In this document: one piece after another, positions 55,334 to 64,000 of the stretch | Layout of the letters: each line of letters begins with the position of its first letter | Position numbering within the stretch: the first letter of the stretch is position 1 | NCBI GenBank assembly: GCA_964016885.1 | Contig: OZ024741.1 | Span: 162,750,001-162,814,000 of the forward strand | Source: Eledone cirrhosa | Taxonomy: Eukaryota | DNA: 64,000 bases | Reading direction: 5' to 3' | The notes under the pieces: generated by a model | What the model was told of the DNA's origin: nothing | Databases searched by the model: none | What the model saw: only the letters and a program-made list of their open reading frames with translations | Program-made: the position numbers and the translations under genes

Positions 55334-56187
55334 CGAGGTGTGTTAGAAAAGTAACAGGACTTAGTGTGCTGCGTGAGCTATGAGTTGGGTAGAGACTAGC
55401 GTTTTGCATCACCGTGTGACATAATATCCAGGAAGTGTATAACTGCGGCCTCCGGTTTCCGCAGCCATTGTGTGTTTTTTCATGTGCTTTTGTTAAAGCT
55501 CCTTAATTTTAGATTTGAGCGATGAGCATAGAGTAACGAACCAACCTGAAGTTTCTGGTCCGGAAACTCCGCCAGAAGCACTCAGAATATTGCAGCAAGT
55601 GTACAGAGATGAGATAATGTCGCGTACACGGGTTTTCGATTGGCTCAAATGGTAACAGATGACCCCCAGAATCGAAAGGTTTTCAGCGAGCACAACTGTG
55701 GCCAACGTTGAGCGCATGACGAAAGAGATGCGTGGCGATTTTCGGCTGATCACAACAGATCTGGGCATGAACTGCGACAGCGTTGTGGCAGATTATCACC
55801 GAAGATTTGGGCACGCGGAAATTCTGCACCAAGATGGTACCGAAGCTGCTGAACGATGATCAGAAGGAGCAGAGCATACATGTGTGTCAGGACATCCTCG
55901 ATCGTCATGAAACCGAATCAGACTTGCTGGGGAGATTCATCACCGGTGATGAGTCGAGGGGGATACGTTTTCCGGACGTGGAAGCCATCAAGAAGGCCGT
56001 AACGACATAGTTGTGGAAAATCCCGCAAGAATCCTTCCAAGAGTTCATGGAAGCATAGCGGGGAGAAGGATAGGAAAGTGCGTTAGACTCGAGGGGGATT
56101 ATTTGGGAGGGGAAAATCTAGCTTGTAGTTTTTATTTGAAATACTTTTTTTGCGACCCCAACCCTGTTTATTTTCTGACACACCTCG
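55334..56187 (+). mobile_element. Internally deleted mariner DNA transposon
   Basis: TIRs cgaggtgtgttagaaaagtaacagg and cctgtttattttctgacacacctcg-TA. The remnant reads IITEDLG.RK...MVPKLL...ITGDES, fused directly to the C-terminal RGIRFPDVEAIK. Confidence 0.88.
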
Positions 56188-56534
56188 TACATAACATTAT
56201 TACTTTCAGTATTGTGATTAAATTGTCTCAAGGCATGACCTTAGAACTGTATTATTGTGGCCATTATTGACTTAGACATTAATGATTTGACATAGTATCA
56301 CTGTAAAACATTATTTTGCAGAAACAAAAGGTGTTCACTATACCCTTAGTTGTACGAAATTTACCCCTGAAATATATTGATGCAAGCGTGAGCAAGTGGT
56401 TAAGAAATTTACTTCGTAATCATGCGGTTTTGACTTCAAACCTATTGCCTGCTATCTTTTAACATAACATCGGGTCTAACCAAGCCTGTGAACGAAATTG
56501 GTTAGATGGAATGTATGTCGAAGCAATCCGGGTG

Positions 56535-57000
56535 GATCCAAATCCAATTCCAATTCCAGGGCCTTCTCACTCCCTTTCTGGTTGACCTCCACACTTTCTC
56601 TCTCTGACCATACTGGGCCATGTAGGGCCGAGCTATTGGTTCAAATCATCACCCCATCTTGTCTTTGGCTTTCTCCATGTTCTAGGTATACACTCTGTCG
56701 GTCTAATAGACCTAATGTTGTCTCTGAGATGAGATATGGGATCTGCCTATCTAACTTTGCTTTTAGTCTCTATTATGTCCTTCACTCCTGTGTGTTGTCG
56801 AATCCAGCAGTTGTTCTTCCTATCACTTAAGGTGATTCCGAGCATGATTCGCTCCATTTTATGCTGGGCCACAACGAGATTCTCGGAGGTAGTGGTGTTG
56901 AGTGCTCATGTCTCCCTTCCATTAATCATTACCGGCAGAACATATTCTTTAAAAAACTCTCTTTTGGTTTCGATTTTTGAATTGGGACTTCTCATGATGG
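56535..57000 (-). mobile_element. 3' fragment of an RTE-type LINE
   Basis: Minus-strand remnant MERIMLGIT..DRKNNCWIRQHTGVKDII...RPTECIPR...KTRW with a (TTGGAW)n tail. Confidence 0.7.
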
Positions 57001-57441
57001 ACATTGTGGATATTGTACCTGTAATTTAAATGTCTGACCCCGTCATGTCGTTTCGTGAATTATGTTAGGGGTACACGGCCGTGTGGAATATTCAGTGAGC
57101 TATTTTTCATCTTTCATATCTATTTAAAGAAATAAATAATCTTTAAATATACCCTGTGACTTTTCACTTTTACTTTTTACCTATATATATATATATGTGT
57201 AATCCATCTAAAGGCATAATTTTTCCTGCCTTTCTCTCTACCTGATTTGTTACGTTCCAAAGTGCATTAGAATGAATAGTAAAAACCTTAATGAACCGAA
57301 ATTATAGTGATTTCCAGAGGTTGACAGAGGAGATGAGACTGTCTATTTTTCCATTGCTTTTTCCTTAGACGTTGTCCTATTTGCCCCCTATTTTAAAGAC
57401 ACACACACACACGTTTGTGTGTGTGTGTATATATATATATG

Positions 57442-57502
<61 letters not shown>

Positions 57503-57504
<2 letters not shown>

Positions 57505-57870
57505 GGTCGACTAAACCGGCATCCTCACCAACAAGCTTGCTTGGTGAGGAGGGTGATATTTGGACACCCTGCGGGATGAAATACAAGACCCGGCAAAGGG
57601 CGAAGGAACTCAACAGAGTCAACGGCTATCCAAATAGTACTTTTTCTTTTCACATGGGAGTGAAAGGCGCCCAGTTGTTTTCACAACACCTTTCTAGGAG
57701 AGGGAAACTCTGAAAAGAAACCTGCGGCTTCGGCAGCATCCGATGATGTTGATCAGTTCTCCTTTTCGAGTACTCTTTTCGATGTTCAGAGAGTGGGATT
57801 GGTGGAGTGCAAGGCTTTTCCCCACTTAAAAAAAAGCTCAAAGCACAGGCATTGCTTGTTCAGGATATAT
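57503..57870 (+). repeat. Dispersed repeat copy C
   Basis: Homologous to the copies at 23548 and 50087. Confidence 0.7.
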
Positions 57871-58070
57871 TACAGGTTCTTGTGGCTGGTAATCTGACAA
57901 CCGATTGCAGTACTCTTAGCAGAGTTTGTAGCCATCATATGTATCATATGTATGAATTTTTATTTTTTGCAAGAGATGTCAACATGAATGTACTTGTTAA
58001 TTTTATTTGAAAGATATTTTTTCCAATTCCACCCCGCCCGTCCCCCCAATCTATTTTATTTCTCATTCTT

Positions 58071-58106
58071 TCTTCTGATGAAGGACTAGTCTCCGAAACG
58101 TTAAGA
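58071..58106 (+). ncRNA. Minimal hammerhead ribozyme
   Basis: tctt-CTGATGA-a-gga-ctagtc-tcc-GAAA-cg-TT-aaga, with palindromic AACGTT. Confidence 0.7.
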
Positions 58107-58216
58107 CCTTCTTCCTGCTATAATCAAGCGTTAACCTAATATATATACCTTCCATATACTGTACCGATTGTGTTGTTATTTCTGTTCACCCTTTACACAC
58201 ACACACACACGCACAC

Positions 58217-58300
<84 letters not shown>

Positions 58301-58309
<9 letters not shown>

Positions 58310-58650
58310 AGTTATAAGAATCAAAGTTCTGATCAAAACATTTATATGCTTATAATTGTTTCCTCCAAACCGAGGTTTGGATTCTTCGGAGCAATTTATT
58401 AATGGATGATCACATATATGACCTCGGTTTGGAGGAAACAATTGTAAGCATATAACTGTTTTGATCAGAACTTTGATTCTTATAACTTATATATAACTGC
58501 TCTGTAAAACATCTTATGTTAGTACATTGAGCTATTTAACTTACTGGTAATAAGGTAGTAATATATTACTGCCTATCACTATTTAGGGTTTGTAAAAATA
58601 TATATAACTACAAAAGGTTTTTGTATTTGCATAACCATAAATAGTATCCT
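58301..58650. mobile_element. Fold-back element with a decayed hammerhead (58347-58393, minus strand)
   Basis: Arms at 58301-58375 and 58421-58495. Reads tgct-CCGAAGA-a-tccaaacc-tc-ggtttgga-g-GAAA-caatt(a/g)-TA-agca. Confidence 0.7.
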
Positions 58651-58679
58651 TAATACTATATATATACATATATCTAATA

Positions 58680-59716
58680 TATATTTGTGAAATGGGTGGT
58701 GGTTGAAATTCACTTGTGCACGGTTAAAGGGTAGTAGACGTGGTCGGACGGACATGAAAATTTACACACCTATGTAAAAAGTGCCAAGGAAGCAAATAGA
58801 TGAAGTTTCAAATCTCTAACTTGAAAAATGTGGTCCCTAGGGCCCCAAAACGGTCTATTTACTATCGCTCTCGGTGAGTTATTTCCCCCTGTTCTAATAC
58901 TTGGATGAGTTATTTTCCGTAGTCGCTTTCAATATTCATTGTCTTATTTACAATTTCATACAAATTTTTTAACTCATCAATTTTTTCATAACATATCAAA
59001 CACAACATTCTTTCGCTGTTAACATACAGTACCGTTTTATGAAATCGATTCTGCAGTACCATTTTACGAAATGCCAAACCGAAAACGGTCACTGTTTTCC
59101 ATCAAAAGAAATAAAACCCTTAAATTGCGAAGAAGGGAGGCGTGTTCTCAGGTACGTTTTTTTCCGATATCATTTTTATTTTAATTCTAATACATGTTAA
59201 CCACCACTAACAGTAAGTAGTATTTTTCAAAGTCAAATGAAAAGTTCGAAGAATACATGCATGTAAACTTAATGAATGGGATCTATAAGCCTTTGGGTTG
59301 CCGAGTTAATTCATCCAGTTTTTTTTAAAAATATTCATTGTAAACTTAATGAATGGGATCTATAAGCCGTTTGGTTGCCGAGTTAATTAATTCATTTTTT
59401 TAAAATATTCATTGTCTTATTTAAAATAACATATCAAAGACAACGTTATTTCGCTGTTAATAAACTGTTGCCTTCTACAGTACGTTTCATTTTCATTTTT
59501 CAAATACAGTTGCTCTATATTAAATTTAAATACTTCTATAACGATCATACAGTACCGTTTTATGAAATCGATTCTGCAGTAGAATTTTACGAAATGACAA
59601 ACCGAAAAAGGTCACAGTTTTCTAACAAAAGAAATAAAACCCTTACATTGCGAACCCCCTGTTCTAATACTGGGGTTAGTTATTTCCCCCTCTTCTAATA
59701 AACGTCTAATATATAG
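58680..59716. repeat. Non-coding element with internal duplications, possibly a non-autonomous Helitron
   Basis: 58875-59130 is duplicated in 59400-59700 and 59263-59340 in 59340-59415. Contains the aagtttcaaatctctaac motif and the end ...tctaatatataga. Confidence 0.45.
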
Positions 59717-59718
59717 AG

Positions 59719-61689
<1,971 letters not shown>

Positions 61690-61957
61690 CGTGTGTGTGT
61701 GTTTGTGTGTATTGGGGGTATCTAAATATCTATACAAACATTTGTATTCTTATTCTGTATAAGTATCTTTGCTAATAAATTGAATACCCATGACTAAAAA
61801 GAAAAAAAATCTTTTGAGTAAAACACAGTTTTAATGTTTGCTGTAGAATTGTTTTTACCTATGTATAGAGCCAAACTAATCAAATTTATCTGTACATCAA
61901 CAACTAGTATAACTTAATTATAATGAGTTAGAAATGAAGAGTATTTTTGAGTGGGTC

Positions 61958-62225
61958 TTAATTAGATAAGGTATGAACTTACACCTATTTCAATATATAA
62001 AAATATCAAGTTATATGACTTTTAAGTTTAATTTGATAAGGTGTGTACAGACAACTATTTCAAGATATGAAATTTCAAGTTAAGTCATACGACGTTTAAT
62101 TAGATAAAGTAACCAGAGACAATTGTTTCAATATATATAAGAAATGTTAAGTTATATGACTTTTAGGTTTAATTAGATAAGGTAACCACAGAAACTATTT
62201 CAATGTATGAAAGAAATGTTAATTT
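61958..62225. repeat. Degenerate ~65-70 bp tandem repeat x4
   Basis: Recurrent ttaatt(a/t)gataa(g/a)gt...tatttcaa...aagttatatgactttt. Confidence 0.7.
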
Positions 62226-63016
62226 AAATTATTTTAGTCCATTGTATATCTACCAACAACCGTTCGTACGCAGTTCTTTTTAAAATATTTGGAATTGAGA
62301 GCTTTTAGCAACGAGTCACATGGTCTGTTTTCCTAAACCTGATCATGGTCCACTTGTTATAGAATTATATCTTTTGTCTTATTCACTACACTGGTACTGT
62401 GTTTTCTTGGTTCCACCAAAGTTCACTCTCCAAGGCACCATCTGCTGTGAATTTCATATTTGACTCTTCCAGAATTGACTTGTAATTTCTTGTTTATAGT
62501 ATCTTAGGAAAGGTTATTGATCTAAAAAAAAAAAAACTTTAGTTCAATTCTACTACATTGTGTTTTATCATCTTTGAAGAACTATGTATAGCGATATTCC
62601 GTATAAATTTGATGCAACCTCGACCACAGCATTTATATTTGTCGTTTTCACTCTGACTGTGACCAACTTTACAAAACTAAAGATTCATCTCTTTCATGTC
62701 CTTCACATTAGAAGGAGGACAATCTTGGAACGTTCCAGTTGTAGACGTGATGGGAATGTCTGCAGAAATATCGTTTATACGAGTATTTGGTGAAATATTT
62801 AACAACATTTTATTCTTTAACACTTCCTACCAAGAGAGCTACCAGGCAATATTAATATACGCCTGGATCGATCATCAGAAAGAGATGTTATCCATAACAT
62901 CTCAGTCCGATGACCGATCCAGACGTATATTAATATTGCCTGGGATCCAGAAACCTTTAGTAATGGAGTAGTTATATTTTGTGTTGTTCACTTTCTAACT
63001 AAATAATATATATATA

Positions 63017-63343
63017 TTTCGTTTCTGAATTTGTTTAGCAAGATTCTTTTCTTTGTTTTTGTGCCTCTCCTTTGTTCTGTCCTACGCAGAAACAAGATGG
63101 CGTAGGACAGAACAAAGGAGAGGCACAAAAACAAAGAAAAGAATCCCCAGTCACTGAAGAGGTCACAGAATGTGTGACGAAAGAACTTTGACAATATATA
63201 AACAACCATCTGGTTGTGGAACCAACCAACCAACCGGAAATTTATAAATTCCTAAATTTATAAATTTATTATAATAAATTGAAGTGAAAGCAACTGGTGC
63301 GTGTGTTTCTTATTGGCAACATGACCCTCCCAAAGTATAACAA
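63017..63343 (+). mobile_element. Non-autonomous PLE pseudo-LTR derivative with 5' inversion and HHR (63150-63192)
   Basis: Inverted tail piece, then inverted pLTR piece, then the sense pLTR with gtca-CTGAAGA-G-gtcaca..tgtgac-GAAA-gaac-TT-tgac. Ends aagtataacaa(TA)n. Confidence 0.88.
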
Positions 63344-63776
63344 TATATATATATATATAAATTAATAAAAACCATGATAAAAACAAAGAATTATCTCTGA
63401 AGACAGCATATATATGTGAAAGTATATATATTTCCTCTGATAGTTTGTAATATTTTTACATAGATCTATATGATATACATACCAACACACATATATATCC
63501 TAGAAACGATCGTAAAATGATGAATTTTTTAATATAAGGAACTTGTTCTTTGTTTTTATTCATTGTTTTTATTAATTTATCTTGACTGTTTTCCTGTGAT
63601 TTTCATCGAAAATTTTTGAATACATCTTCTCTTTTCATGATATTTGGATTACATTGAGTTCTACATACGGATTGGACACTACCGTATATTTTGGTAGATT
63701 TATCTACATACTTTGCTCCTAATTTTATACAGGTATTCATATTTTAATATATATTTTTTATATATATATATATATA

Positions 63777-63811
<35 letters not shown>

Positions 63812-64000
63812 TACTGCTTGCAGTTAAGGGAATTAGTCGATTACATTGATCACAGTACTCTCTCTGATATTTATTTAATCGAATTGACAGTAAAAGATCT
63901 ACCAACTATAAACAGAATCTTTGAGTATATGGAAGTTACAAAATGCTTCAACAACAGAACCTCCTAGCTGCTTTACAGCTTTCCTTACTTCCCTTTTTTA

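Overview
Eukaryotic, AT-rich, microsatellite-saturated animal DNA. A cephalopod (Octopus-like) origin is inferred from the (TA)n/(CA)n density and repeat types; this is not proven. No host gene is recognisable. Positions 648-18544 hold a young cluster of Penelope-like retroelements (PLE: reverse transcriptase + Cys-rich linker + C-terminal GIY-YIG endonuclease, Neptune-like). The cluster has four long copies and two inverted 3' fragments, with every 3' end in (TA)n. It includes a ~3.9 kb near-perfect inverted repeat and a 4.9 kb tandem duplication whose middle copy is a recombinant with an intact ORF. Each PLE 3' pseudo-LTR carries an ETS/NRF1/YY1-like motif cluster, a minimal hammerhead ribozyme (HHR), and a short ATG-initiated frame that may be the missing N-terminus. 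The strongest hidden signal is a set of about 7-8 sequence-distinct short non-coding elements (150-550 bp) spread across the window. Most sit in microsatellites, carry an intact or decayed type I hammerhead, and are often folded back on themselves. One is a 310-bp tandem unit resembling a circRNA-producing retrozyme. The rest of the window holds decayed RTE and Dong/R4 LINEs, a 5'-truncated but open CR1/L2-type LINE, Helitron pieces, an internally deleted mariner, tRNA-derived SINEs and tandem repeats.
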